Assembly: GCA_032718475.1 (NCBI GenBank)
Contig: JAUCBJ010002686.1
Coordinates: 36,707-100,706 of the forward strand
Length of the DNA: 64,000 nt
Source of the DNA: Nemertoderma westbladi
Taxonomy: Eukaryota > Animalia > Xenacoelomorpha
Reading direction: 5' to 3'
Position 1 is the first letter of the stretch. Every line of letters begins with the position of its first letter. The translations under genes and the position numbers were made by a program. The notes below the pieces were generated by a model, which was not told the DNA's origin, searched no databases, and worked only from the letters and a program-made list of their open reading frames with translations. Below, one piece after another: positions 51,440 through 64,000 of this stretch.

Positions 51440-53154
51440 GTTAGTGAGTCTGTTTAGCCAATCAATTCAATCAATGTAATGCTCGGAATTTCTCAGCATG
51501 GTAAGATTGCATCTTGTGCACACCATTTCAGACGGGAAATAAAGTACACGATATTCTTATTTTTTATATAAGAAATTATTACGCTATACATTTTGAATAA
51601 ATAGTTCTTATACAGCATGGATTCGACTCGAATTATAACAGGTGATAGATGTTATTTCAACCGAAACCATAAACAAGAGTTTATTGCTTTAAACAATGAA
51701 CTGTTTAAATTTTGTGGAAAAAAGAGAATCAATAATGTAATGTATTCATTCATGTAAGAGTTAAGGTTAAAATTTTCACAACCTGTTGTGCTAATAGTTT
51801 GTTGTAACATGTAATTAATTGAATTCTCTCATTTAACTAACATGTACAATGTGTTGATTATTAATTGGTAATTATTAATCGATATTGGCATGTTATATTC
51901 GTGTTCGAGTGACCTATTTTGTTGATCTTATATAATCACTAATCAATGATTTTGTTGTCATGTAAAATATTAACTTAATGAAATCCTTAACACTAATGGA
52001 ATGCCCGCGGGCATTACCAGTACCTGCAATATTAGCCTGGAATATCCTGGAAGTGGCTACTGAAGCGGACTTCATCAATATGGAGTATGGACAACTAATT
52101 AACTGCGGGAAAGACGGAACGGTTGCTTATTCGCGACTAAAACGCTTATAAAACAGCATGTGTTGTGATGCGTTGATGACAAACATTCGCTCTATTTGAA
52201 TCTTTGAATGTGCATGACCATCAACCTAACTGATACTGAAATTGTATCACATTGACAGGTGAGAGCACGTTATTAATTGCTACATACTAACTGACATTTT
52301 ATTGATAACGATTTTGACAGTTCAGCAATAAATAATTGCTGTTTTAGGTATTTCTATGGGGCCACAGTCGCTGTTATTTACCCAGTCAATTTTCCATTCA
52401 TTAGTGTTGGAAAATATGTCTTGCATATATAAAAATAATAATATTAGACAATTTTAGGCAATATTCTGTCTGACATCCTCTGTGTAATGAGTCGTAAATT
52501 TATTAATGACCTTCTTTGTGTTAGTTTGCTTCACACAGACTCCAATATAATCTTTTGTGCCTCCATCATACTGTCTAACATTATTACAATGAGTTGCATT
52601 TTATTTGTTATAGATTGTTATTTTAAATAATCGATGAGACCCCATTGGGGGCTTTTCAAAGGAAATCATTCCTGGGTGACATATTTTTTTGCTCAGTTTG
52701 CAATCACTCAACCTGGTGGGAGGCCTACTGCAATTATTAAACTAGAATGTTTCCTATACAGAATTGAAATTAATTGAAACCGCATGAAACAAACATTATA
52801 AAATCAAATTAAACAATTAATTCCTTTTTATTAATTCAGACTTTAAAATATCACATTTCGAGATATTCCTTAACAACTAAACATTAAAAACATTACATAT
52901 GTTCATATGTATCTACTTTATTATTACATTTGTTTATTGTGGTTCTGTAGTTGCATTTAGCTACAACAGTATACAGATGGGGCAGCTGCTTCTAGTACCT
53001 AGGTAGCCCACCCTGTCGTATTAATTATCATGGAATCTTTACTTTATTATATGAAATACTTTTAGACCTACGGAGTTTCTTAACATTTTGAATGAATTAT
53101 AATTTATAGTGCTGTTGACAATCATGTTCTCGCTTACTGACTTCCGTCGGTAAG

Positions 53155-53760
53155 CTCACCTGACTTCCGGATCATAGATCCGGAAGTCAGGTGAGGTAAG
53201 GAACTTACGTAAGGGAAAGGCATGGGCAGCATTGAATAGGCTTTCAGGATTTGGAAGTCGCACAGAATTCATCGGAAACTTAAGGTCCGATTATTTAGAG
53301 CAGCAGTAGTTCCAGTACTCCTCTACGGGAGTCCATGCTGGGCTCTAACTGCTGAGGACACCAAATCTCTGGATGGCACATTCACAAGAATGCTACGCCA
53401 GGTTCGCTGTTTCAAGTACAAAGCACACATCTCCAGCCAGACACTATATAACATTGGAGGTGTCTTATTGGTTCCCCCAAGCTTGACACTAGAACAAAGC
53501 CGCCTCCGCTTTGCAGGACATTGTTTTCGCCGTAAGGACCAACATGTGCACAATCTTGTGCTTTGGCAGCCCCATGGAGTGAATAAGCATGGTGGACAGC
53601 CCATGACTTTCGTGAGACGCCTCTTAAAGGACACTATGGCCTTGAAGATGTGGATAATCTCGCGAAAGTCATGTGAATTATGGAGTTGTGGCGGTGCAAC
53701 TTTGTTAAGCCGACATAGCATCTAAATGTGGAGTTTCAATGCAGCAGACCGATTATTTAT
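53155..53760 (+). mobile_element. 3' fragment of the same RTE-like LINE family as 7430-9490, opposite orientation, heavily 5'-truncated
   Basis: Peptide TLYNIGGV.LVPPSLTLEQSRLRFAGHCFRR.DQ.V.NLVLWQPHGVNKHGGQP is almost identical to the 7576-8172 ORF. Confidence 0.9.
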
Positions 53761-53901
53761 AGTAGTAAGTAGCGCTATGTTCTCGGTTCTCTCTACGTAT
53801 TATAGAAAATTAACAAACTATTATAGGCCTGTTAATGGAAAAAATCAGGCCTACCTAAACTAAATAATGTCAATTTTAATCCCGCGATGTGTTATTTTTA
53901 G

Positions 53902-54074
53902 ACTCAAGACATTCTGGACGACCTAGTCAGCCGTTCAACGCACTCACAATGCCTCCTACCGTATCCAGACCGAACGTTACCGGCCAATTGGTGTATGGTG
54001 GTAACGTGTGCATATCTCTGTTGATAGGGGGCGTACCCCGACCTTCAGTCTCCTGGTATAAAGACGGTGAATCG
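53902..54074 (+). CDS. TTN: Titin-like exon, N-half of Ig domain
   Basis: ttttag|ACTCA ... AATCG|gtaaga; phase 1-0. Confidence 0.88.
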
Positions 54075-54311
54075 GTAAGATAATATATTTTATTCCAATA
54101 GTAAAATTATAAACCCTGACAACAAACATTCATGCTTGTGTTCCACGTCGTATATCATAAGTCAAAATAATTTATGGAACACATTGTGGCTTCAATGGGA
54201 ACGTCTACAGTGGTAAGTCGTAGTTATAACCAGTGATTATGTCCCATCTTTTGCATTTTATGAACATCGAACGTAGTAAATTTAAATCCATTAAGCACAT
54301 TTTTAAAGGAC

Positions 54312-54797
54312 ATGTTATTATATGTCTAATACCTAATGTATTATGTTATTATATGTCTAATATCTAATGTATTATGTTATTATATGTCTAATATCTAATG
54401 TATTATGTTATTATGTCTAATGTATTATGTTATTATATGTCTAATATCTAATGTATTATGTTATTATATGTCTAATATCTAATGTATTATGTTATTATGT
54501 CTAATGTATTATGTTATTATATGTCTAATATCTAATGTATTATGTTATTATATGTCTAATATCTAATGTATTATGTTATTATGTCTAATGTATTATGTTA
54601 TTATATGTCTAATACCTAATGTATTATGTTATTATATGTCTAATATCTAATGTATTATGTTATTATGTCTAATGTATTATGTTATTATATGTCTAATATC
54701 TAATGTATTATGTTATTATATGTCTAATATCTAATGTATTATGTTATTATATGTCTAATATCTAATGTATTATGTTATTATGTCTAATGTCTAATAT
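54312..54797. repeat. AT-rich 31/22-bp minisatellite
   Basis: Unit ATGTTATTATATGTCTAATATCTAATGTATT with shorter variants. Confidence 0.93.
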
Positions 54798-55294
54798 ATT
54801 ATTTTTGTTCTTTACTTGATTATTTAAATTACCATTTAATACGTTATTTTTATTTTCCTGCTTTCTGTAGGCCTATGTTTTTATCAGCCCTCTGTACACT
54901 ATTGATTTTTCAATTACCAGTGGATGTACTGTATATTTTAATTAGATGCATTGGTCACTTTTTTTCTGATAATTCCGTTTGGTGTCTGTTTTTATTTTCT
55001 TCTGTGTCCGCTTAGCAACTGTGAGTGTTTTTACTAGGTAAGTGTACCTAGTTGTTTTTCTCCGGTGACAATTTAAATTCATTTTTTTTATCAAAACAAT
55101 AAACGGTTGTCTATAAATTATTGTAACTCGTGGTTATACTTCGCCTAATTTATGTTATCATTGCTGTTGTAGTACATTAATATCGGATTCATTTCTAAAC
55201 AAACTTTTATGCCACGAGCTAAAGGTTCAAATACATTTAAGCGGCAGAGTAATAATTATTGTGCATCACTAACTAATTATTATCTTACGCCCAG

Positions 55295-55488
55295 ATGCCT
55301 CCTGACAGTCGGGTCTCTGTTGACGTCACACCTAACGGCGAGTACAAACTGCTCATCGACAACCTCGGCAAACATGACGAAGGTGTTTATACGTTCATCG
55401 CGAACAACGATTCTGGGGAGGCGACTTGTAATGTAAAACTCTACGGAATCAGTTTACCGGCACCGGGGTCCTATCAACCAACTACCAG
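55295..55488 (+). CDS. TTN: Titin-like exon, C-half of Ig domain
   Basis: gcccag|ATGCC ... ACCAG|gttggt; phase 0-2; DEGVYTFIANN. Confidence 0.88.
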
Positions 55489-56149
55489 GTTGGTGAGACT
55501 CCCTTTATATTGTAGCAAAATGTAGTGAAAACATTAATAAATCAATGGCGTTGGAGAGAATAGAGAGAACATCATGCATCAACCGGAATTACGACATTAT
55601 CATAATATCTAACTTTAGGAGTTATGCTTATTCTTGCTGACAGCAAATGCCCACTGGTAAATGGTAATTAATTGCATTAATTTATTTCCCCAATATGATT
55701 TAGTATTTACAGTACAGACCGGCACCGGACATTGACTATTATAGTAAAATGCAGATTTGTCCTAATGGTGATAACAAAAGGCATAATCTCTTCAAAGTTA
55801 GTTGATTAGCTGCGGTAAAATTACCCATGGATGGGATCTGGCTGTGGGATGCCATGATGAGGGTTATTCCAAAGACAGTGTGCCATTTACATAGAGGTAG
55901 AACAAAAGAAAGATCCACTGAATTCCTAAACTTTGAATCGTCCACGGGTGTAATAAATCAACCTGTGCAAACTTAAAATCATGTTAATGATAAGCCATTT
56001 GTATCGATTACCATGCCTAACTTAAGATTCCGAATCATAATAAGTTATAGGCCCTAGGCAATATTTTAAAAACTGTGCTATATTACTTACTCCTCTCGCC
56101 TCTAGTGTGAGATACCGCGCTCAATCCTCGCTCGAACCAGTTGCAACAT

Positions 56150-57633
56150 TGTAATTACAGCTGGGAGGACGTGGATGCAGCTGTAATTACATCTGCATCC
56201 ACGTCCACCCAGCTGTAATTACATCTGCATCCACGTCCACCCAGTTGTAATTACAGCTGCATCCACGTCCACCCAGCTGTAATTACATCTGCATCCACGT
56301 CCACCCAGCTGTAATTACATCTGCATCCACGTCCACCCAGCTGTAATTACATCTGCATCCACGTCCACCCAGTTGTAATTACAGCTGCATCCACGTCCAC
56401 CCAGCTGTAATAACAGCTGCATCCACGTCCACCCAGCTGTAATAACAGCTGCATCCACGTCCACCCAGCTGTAATTACAGCTCTGCATCCACGTCCACCC
56501 AGCTGTAATTACAGCTCTGCATCCACGTCCACCCACCTGTAATTACAGCTGCATCCACGTCCACCCAGTTGTAATAACAGCTGCATCCACGTCCACCCAG
56601 CTGTAATAACAGCTGCATCCACGTCCACCCAGCTGTAATAACAGCTGCATCCACGTCCACCCAGCTGTAATAACAGCTGCATCCACGTCCACCCAGCTGT
56701 AATTACATCTGCATCCACGTCCACCCAGCTGTAATTACAGCTGCATCCACGTCCACCCAGCTGTAATTACAGCTGCATCCACGTCCACCCAGCTGTAATT
56801 ACAGCTCTGCATCCACGTCCACCCAGCTGTAATTACAGCTCTGCATCCACGTCCACCCAGCTGTAATTACAGCTCTGCATCCACGTCCACCCAGCTGTAA
56901 TTACACTCTGCATCCACGTCCACCCAGCTGTAATTACAGCCTGCATCCACGTCCACCCAGCTGTAATAACAACTCTGCATCCACGTCCACCCAGCTGTAA
57001 TAACAGCTGCATCCACGTCCACCCAGCTGTAATTACAGCTCTGCCTCCACGTCCACCCAGCTGTAATTACAGCTCTGCATCCACGTCCACCCAGCTGTAA
57101 TTACATCAGCATCCACGACCACCCAGCTGTAATAACAGCTGCATCCACGTCCACCCAGCTGTAATAACAGCTGCATCCACGTCCACCCAGCTGTAATTAC
57201 AGCTCTGCATCCACGTCCACCCAGCTGTAATTACAGCTCTGCATCCACGTCCACCCAGCTGTAATTACAGCTGCATCCACGTCCACCCAGCTGTAATTAC
57301 AGCTCTGCATCCACGTCCACCCAGCTGTAATTACAGCTCTGCCTCCACGTCCACCCAGCTGTAATTACAGCTCTGCATCCACGTCCACCCAGCTGTAATT
57401 ACAGCTGCATCCACGTCCACCCGGCTGTAATTACAGCTCTGCATCCACGTCCACCCAGCTGTAATTACAGCTCTGCAACCACGTCCACCCAGCTGTAATT
57501 ACAGCTGCATCCACGTCCACCCAGCTGTAATTACAGCTCTGCATCCACGCCCACCCAGCTGTAATTGCAACTGCATCCACGTCCATCCAGCTGTAATTAC
57601 AGCTCTGCATCCACGTCCACCCAGCTGTAATTA
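56150..57633. repeat. 32/34-bp minisatellite (~45 copies) with palindromic core and an inverted first unit
   Basis: Unit GCATCCACGTCCACCCAGCTGTAATTACAGCT(CT); AGCTGTAATTACAGCT is a perfect palindrome. Confidence 0.95.
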
Positions 57634-57983
57634 ATTAGTTCAACCTTGACTCGACTCCTTCGTCTGACAGCTATAAGTAACAGCCAAGAGAGAAGAGACT
57701 TAAGGGTTGACGCTGGTGTTGTGTGTGCCGAAAACTTTTTTTACATTTTTAAGCAAAACGTATCTGGCATATAGATAATCAATATGGATGGAATATGCAA
57801 AGCGTATTCTGCCATTGATCAGCCTTTGTTCCCTACAAACCTTCATTTTATAATCTAAGAACAATTATTAAGCGAATTTTGCGCTTTTTGTAAGTGAATA
57901 ACAATTGTAGGATACTCATTATCATTTATATAATACAATATTGAAGAAGAATTGAATTTACGATGAGTTCGTTTAATTTCCAG

Positions 57984-58424
57984 ATTCCGGTCGCAGAGTT
58001 CGTTCGAACCGGCGTACGGACGGCGATCTCCCGGTCGGAGTTCCACCCAATCGCAACCGCGTCGTGACCGGTACAGACCGTCCAGTACTAGCCTGCCCAG
58101 GGCTGAGGTCAAGCGAGTCTCCAGTTCCAGCTTACCCAGACCGGAAGTCAAGCGCGTTTCCAGTACCAGTCTACCCCGACCCGAACTGGCGCGGTCCTGG
58201 AGTAGCAGTCTACCCCGACCGGAAGTGGCGCGGTCCTGGAGCAGCAGTCTACCCAGACCGGAAGTGGCGCGGTCCTGGAGTAGCAGTCTACCCAGACCGG
58301 AAGTGGCACGGGTCCCCAGTCGGCCATCGAGTCGGCCAACCAGCAGACCTTCAAGTCGTCCGCCGAGCCGGGCCTCGGTCGAACGATGTCCCGTCACGTT
58401 CCTGGGTGTCCGCGATAAGAGAAG
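57984..58424 (+). CDS. TTN: Titin-like exon, Ser/Arg/Pro-rich low-complexity linker with 13-aa repeats
   Basis: ttccag|ATTCC ... AGAAG|gtaagt; phase 2-2 matches both neighbours; repeats SSSSLPRPEVKRV / WSSSLPRPEVARS. Confidence 0.85.
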
Positions 58425-60552
58425 GTAAGTCGCAGGTTCATTATTACCTCAGTATTTTCCTCACCTTCCGGGGCTGGTAGGATTACGCGCAGGGTAGCTT
58501 ATAATATATATAATATAATAGCATAGCATTATCACATGTTATACATATTTGAAGGACAACCTTGTCATCAGCTGACACTATTTCAGTTTTATTTGATGGA
58601 CATGATATAAATGCCATCTTTCAACGAATTCCTATCTGAAGGTTGCTCTTTTAAGTAAATGACATTCGTGCATTCCAATAACCTTCAAGAAACTTTTAAG
58701 AATTCAGACTGTCTCAAGAAGTCATTAATAACCTAATCGAGTGACGTTCATAACCGGTTATATTGCGCTGTAAAGATTCGCATCACGTTGGAGGTGTTGG
58801 AGGCCATTAACTGTCAAATACACTTTGATAAAGTTACTTACTAATGATTTGACGTTGTAAATAATGGTGGACAATCCACAACAAGGAGATATTACTTTAA
58901 TTTAATTTTTTTTTTAATTTTTTAAATTTAAATTATTTAGTATTTGATAAACGTCTACTGACGCAAATCCCATCTCAGCGAATTCATATCATGTCTCGTA
59001 TGTATTCTGTAATATGTGCGGGCGTGGGGGGTGGGATGGGGTGTATGTGTGTGAATTGATTACAAGACGTAACTTATTTAATCAAGTGCGATGACAAATT
59101 CCCCTTATCAGTTTTGGGCTTTGACAGAAAGGCACTTTCCACGACATTTTCCCATTTGTGTTATTGAGACATCTATAAGTTGTCTTGTTTGTCTCAATAG
59201 GCGCACACTCTCCGCGGCAAGATACAATACATTACCATATTCTATTTGATATATTTTGGTTATAAACCTCTTCATTCGTGCGATATTATGCAATGTAATA
59301 CATAATCCTAATAATACCAAAAAAAAATATAATATCTCACCTCAATGTTAAATTATCAACTAACGACTTGCTAATTAAGGGAATGGAGCAGTTGTTACAG
59401 TGGCACGTTATTCTAACAAAAACAATAAACGAAAGTCATTATAACAACCGGTTACAGTTTTATTTTGGGGAGTAATCAGCTGTTATTTGCGTCGATTTTC
59501 CCCTGGAGAGGAATTAATTTACATTGCGTCTAAAGTCCTATCAGAATTAATGAATTTACCCAGTTGCTAATTAATATCTTATTATTTATCTCATCTTTCT
59601 ACATTTATACAAAATATAGTAACCCAGTAGTAACCTTTGTATACTATTAATAATATTTACCGGTCCAACAGCACCCCCCCCCCCCCCCCCCCTTCAGTTC
59701 AATTCATAGCCCAAGGTTATAATGCTATCCATCACCTAATCTGTGGTTATCTTTCAATATACTTTATCTATATCCTCATACACGTGACGGTAACTAAATG
59801 AGCCAATACCAATTAACATTCAATGTATGTAATCGAACACAAAGGCCACTGATTAAATCTTGTGTCCGGCTTCTATCGCAGGACTTCGGTGAGGTTCAGT
59901 CAGTATGTCATTAGATTAGCAACGCTGTCTCCTGTGGCTTCTATTCTACTGAATCTCCGTTCAGTAAAACCTTTCCACACACACCTCTAGCACCGTCTCG
60001 GCTACAACTATTTTTTGTGCATAATACGTGTGATGGTTTTTGATTAGAATGACTAAATACAGGAATTTCTCATTAAAAATTTATAACAGATTTTATGTTG
60101 CGTTCCCTGATGCTAATCACATCACGGAGAATTAACAATGTTAATTATCAATTAGGAAAGATCCTGGTTATAGTGGCAGGCCATTTTTAAAAAATAACCG
60201 GGGTCATTAGCACATTATCGTGTGTTTGCGTAGATTATCCCTTTGTGTGGGAGTCTTCCCTTCCCCTTTATCTGATAATGGTACATCCAATTATACATCA
60301 ATAACGCATCAGTTGATTTATTGATGTCTGTTTGTTCGGAATGGCTCGATAAATATGTGTCAAATTAATTATTCTATTTAATAAGTAACGATTACATTGA
60401 AAATTAAATTTATTTATTATTTGGTTTATTGGTTATATTGATAAATAAACTAGATTAAATCGAAATTTAATAAATTATATCGAATTAATTAACAATACTG
60501 AAAATCAATATAGATTATCTTTTATTGATTCAGTTAATTTAACTTTTTTTAG

Positions 60553-60935
60553 TTGCAAGCCCACCATAACGGCCCCGGTGGTGTACGGGGATCTGGTTGT
60601 CGGGGGAACCGTAACCATAGAGATCCACGTGCAGGGCTCCCCAACCGCTGACGTCACGTGGACCAAGGACGGCCGACCTTGCGTCCCGAGCGAGCGAGTC
60701 GGGTTAGACCACAGCCCCGATTACGATACCCATCTACTCACCATCCGGGATGTGACACCGTTCGACGCCGGAGAGTACCGACTGCGTGCGTGGAACCCAG
60801 TCGGACAGACGGATTGTCGCGTCCGATTGGTGGACATCCGACCGCGTCATCACTCGCAACTGGCGAGGATTCAGGCGCCGGCCCCTCCGGAGTTTATATC
60901 GGAACCGGTAGTCTACGGCGAGACGGTCCCTGGAG
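60553..60935 (+). CDS. TTN: Titin-like exon, 1 Ig domain plus start of next
   Basis: ttttag|TTGCA ... TGGAG|gttagt; phase 2-1. Confidence 0.9.
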
Positions 60936-61297
60936 GTTAGTTCTACCGTAAATATATTTCAAAATTAAATTAAATCGATAGTGAAACATAAAAATTACAT
61001 TCGTTGATACAATAATTTATTGCAGATATTTTTAGTTATAAGTTATTGATTAGTAAATACACCGTTGTTGAAACGAAACTGAAAGTATAATGTAGGCCTA
61101 AATTGCAGTACCGGTAGATAAACAGGACAACACTTTGGCTCAAAGCTATGGCCATAATAGTTTCAGTTTCAGTATTTATTACAGCAAATTAATGTTGGGT
61201 ATTTATTTTTTTCGACAATTTATTGTATTTATTGAGTAGTAATGAAATGGAAATTTTATTTGCCTGACTTGTAATAACCCTTTTCTTATATTTTTAG

Positions 61298-63628
61298 GAA
61301 CTATTCGAATTGAGTTCGGAATTTATTCCTCCCCTCCACCGAAGATTTACATTGATAAGGACGGGATTGTCATTAATTTCAACGATAGAATTGTTCTAGA
61401 ACGCGCCGGCGATTCAAACTACGCGGTTGAATTGGAACGAATAACCCCGGAAGACGTCGGATGCTACTCCTTCCGGGCCATGAACCCACACGGAAGCTCG
61501 TTGTGCAACGTGCCGATTAGCGGGATCGAACCCGCGACCTTCAGACCGCGTCATCGACGCCACTCCAGTCAGGTAATCGTAAAGGAAGTGAACCTCGAAC
61601 CTGCGAGCGACCCTCATCCCCCGATATTTACAGACCCGCAAATCTCCGGAGATTTAGTCATCGGGGGTTCCATTAACATCGATTTCGACTTGATGGGAAA
61701 CCCGAATCCCCATCTGCGATGGTACAAAGACGAGCGAGAAATCCTCCTCGGCAAACGTCTCCTATTAACGCAGCAATACGACGACCACTACACCGTTAGT
61801 CTGCCCCACATAGAGCCCGAAGATCAAGGGGAATACCGAATACAAGCTACCAACGCGATGGGTGAAGCAACTTGTATAATCCGTATCAACGAGGTGGAAC
61901 CGCGTTCTCGACAGAGTCCGACACCTTCGGAAGGTTCGCGGATCGGAGCGCCACCCCGGATGTCGACGACTAAGATCATCCCGATACAGAGCCGCACCTC
62001 CCGCGCCGTGGCGGCCGAGTTCCAGGAGCCGCCGACCTTCACTAAACCGACGGTAATCGGCGATATGGTAGTGGGAGGGACGGTGCAGGTTAACTTCCGT
62101 ATTAAGGGGACCCCGAGACCGCAGGTCACCTTCATGAAGGGGCAATCCCCTCTGGAGTTTTCCTACAGGGTGTTCGTGGATCGCGGGCCAGACAACGCGT
62201 ACACGCTGACTATTCGAGGGATTACAGATGCGGATGAAGCCGATTACCTTATCGTAGCGACGAACCCAGTCGGGGAAGCGAAATGCACAATCAGTCTGAG
62301 TATCGAGAGAGTTAAAGTGAAGAAGAGATCGAGTACTAAGTCGATGGTTCATTCCGGGGTGAGTCCACCCAAGTTTACTAAACCTATAAACCCCGTGGTT
62401 TTAGGTAGACGAGCCGTGCTGAACGGGCGGGTTGAGGGGAACCCCCGGCCGGCAGTTCGGTGGTTCAGAGGCGAAGTCGAGATAAACAACGCAGATTGCG
62501 ATTACATCATGGGTGAGTCACCAGATGGTGGAGTTTGTTTGGAAGTCGTCGACGTTGGGCGCTGCGGCGACAGTGAGTTTACCTGCAAGGCGTTTAACAG
62601 CGCGGGTGTGGCGGCGTGTACGGTGCAGCTGACGCAGCGGAACGAGTCGGCCACTGGTGATCAGGCGCCGCGCTTTGATAGACCCATTATGCCGGTTGTG
62701 GAGGCGGATACGGCATTCCTAGACTGCCAAGTGTCTGGAGTTCCGAGACCGCAGGTTCAATGGTTCCGAGACGGAATTCCGATTTACAGCGATAGTAATT
62801 TTACCCTTTCGGAAGATGATCACGGGAATTGTTCCCTCAACATTCGAAATTTTAAGTCGGTTGGCGATTCCGAATACGTTTGTATGGCGCAGAACCGGGC
62901 CGGAGTGGCGAGCTGCTCTCTGAAACTAATCATAGAGAGGAAATCGTTGACGTTGTCGCCCGTTGACGGTTTGGCGCCGAGATTCTCGCGACATATAACC
63001 CCGAAGATCCTGGGGAATTCCGCGGAGTTTACCTGCGAGATCGAGGGGCAACCCGCGCCGGATGTGGCCTGGTTCATGGACGGGGAGCCGCTGGCGGATG
63101 GTGGCAACTTCCGGTTGCAGTCCCGGGCGGATGGAACGCTCGTTCTAACCGTCTGCGACGTGGAACGGATAGGGAACGTCGAGTTTATGTGCCGCGGGGA
63201 GAACGCCTACGGAGTTGCTACGTCTACGGTGGAGTTCGTATCGATGGGAGGTGGAGGGGCGCCCCCCAAGTTTACACGCCACATGACGCCTCGTATAGAG
63301 GGGAACCGAGCGGAGTTTAGTTGTCGGGTAGAAGGCCAGCCGCAACCGCGGATTAGGTGGTATATGAACGGGGGAGAGATGGTGGATGGCGGCGACTTCT
63401 ATGTGGATATCGACGAGCGGGGGAACTGTTTGCTGGTCATCGACAATGTGACGGAGCACGGCGACGCCGAGTACAGTTGCCGGGCAACCAACCCGCACGG
63501 ATCCGCTTCCAGCACTGTGGAGTTACGCCTCCAGCGGGTACCAGCGCAAGGCGAACCGCCAGAGTTCTGCGAACCGATGGTTCCAAGGATAGAGGGAAGT
63601 TCCGCGCGGTTCAGCTGCAGAGTCGTAG
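61298..63628 (+). CDS. TTN: Titin-like large exon, ~7 Ig domains plus start of next
   Basis: ttttag|GAACT ... GTAG|gtgagt; phase 1-1; 2331 bp open. Confidence 0.94.
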
Positions 63629-64000
63629 GTGAGTAGAAGTTCTAGAATATTATGTGTAGAACATTCAAAACATCGGAATGCTTGTGTTTTTTACCAAGCG
63701 ATTCTTACAAAATTTTGTGAAAATATGGCTGTTTCTAATATCAGTTGTCTACTAATGTTTTAATTTAAAGCTATATAATTAGAAATTTAAGAGATAATTG
63801 TTTTAATATCCCATTTGGATCGTTTGGTGTTAGAATTCCGAGCGAAGTGAGCAACCATAACCCACTGTGTACAGAGCGCGTCGAAAAATATCAATTTTGA
63901 TGGCGTTCCCCAATCTGGTGCGGCTCGGTGAGGTATGATGACATAGTCAAAGTACTAATAAATCGTCATACCGCTACCACATCATCTTATTATCAGATAT

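Overview
Eukaryotic (probably invertebrate metazoan) genomic DNA. The whole window lies inside one + strand giant muscle-protein gene of the titin/connectin family (TTN; sallimus/kettin-like). I reconstructed 43 GT-AG exons by hand with consistent intron phases, encoding about 37 I-set Ig domains and a Ser/Arg/Pro-rich repeat linker. The block at 10.2-22.5 kb closely resembles the vertebrate titin Z4-Z9 region (comparison from memory). An internal stop-containing exon at 23256-23692 appears to give a short isoform, and a second alternative end is possible at 47.7-47.9 kb. Introns contain a decayed RTE-like LINE and a second fragment of it, a MITE, an intronless antisense nested gene for an Ig-like type I membrane protein, and many tandem arrays. 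The most unusual feature is four arrays built from the splice signals of the exon they abut. Two are branch-point arrays (17.2 kb, 26.5-29.8 kb), one is a 9.2-kb array of full 3' splice sites plus exon start (34.1-43.4 kb), and one is a 1.5-kb array of 5' splice donors (45.2-46.7 kb). All coordinates and copy numbers come from manual reading and need RNA-seq or computational confirmation.
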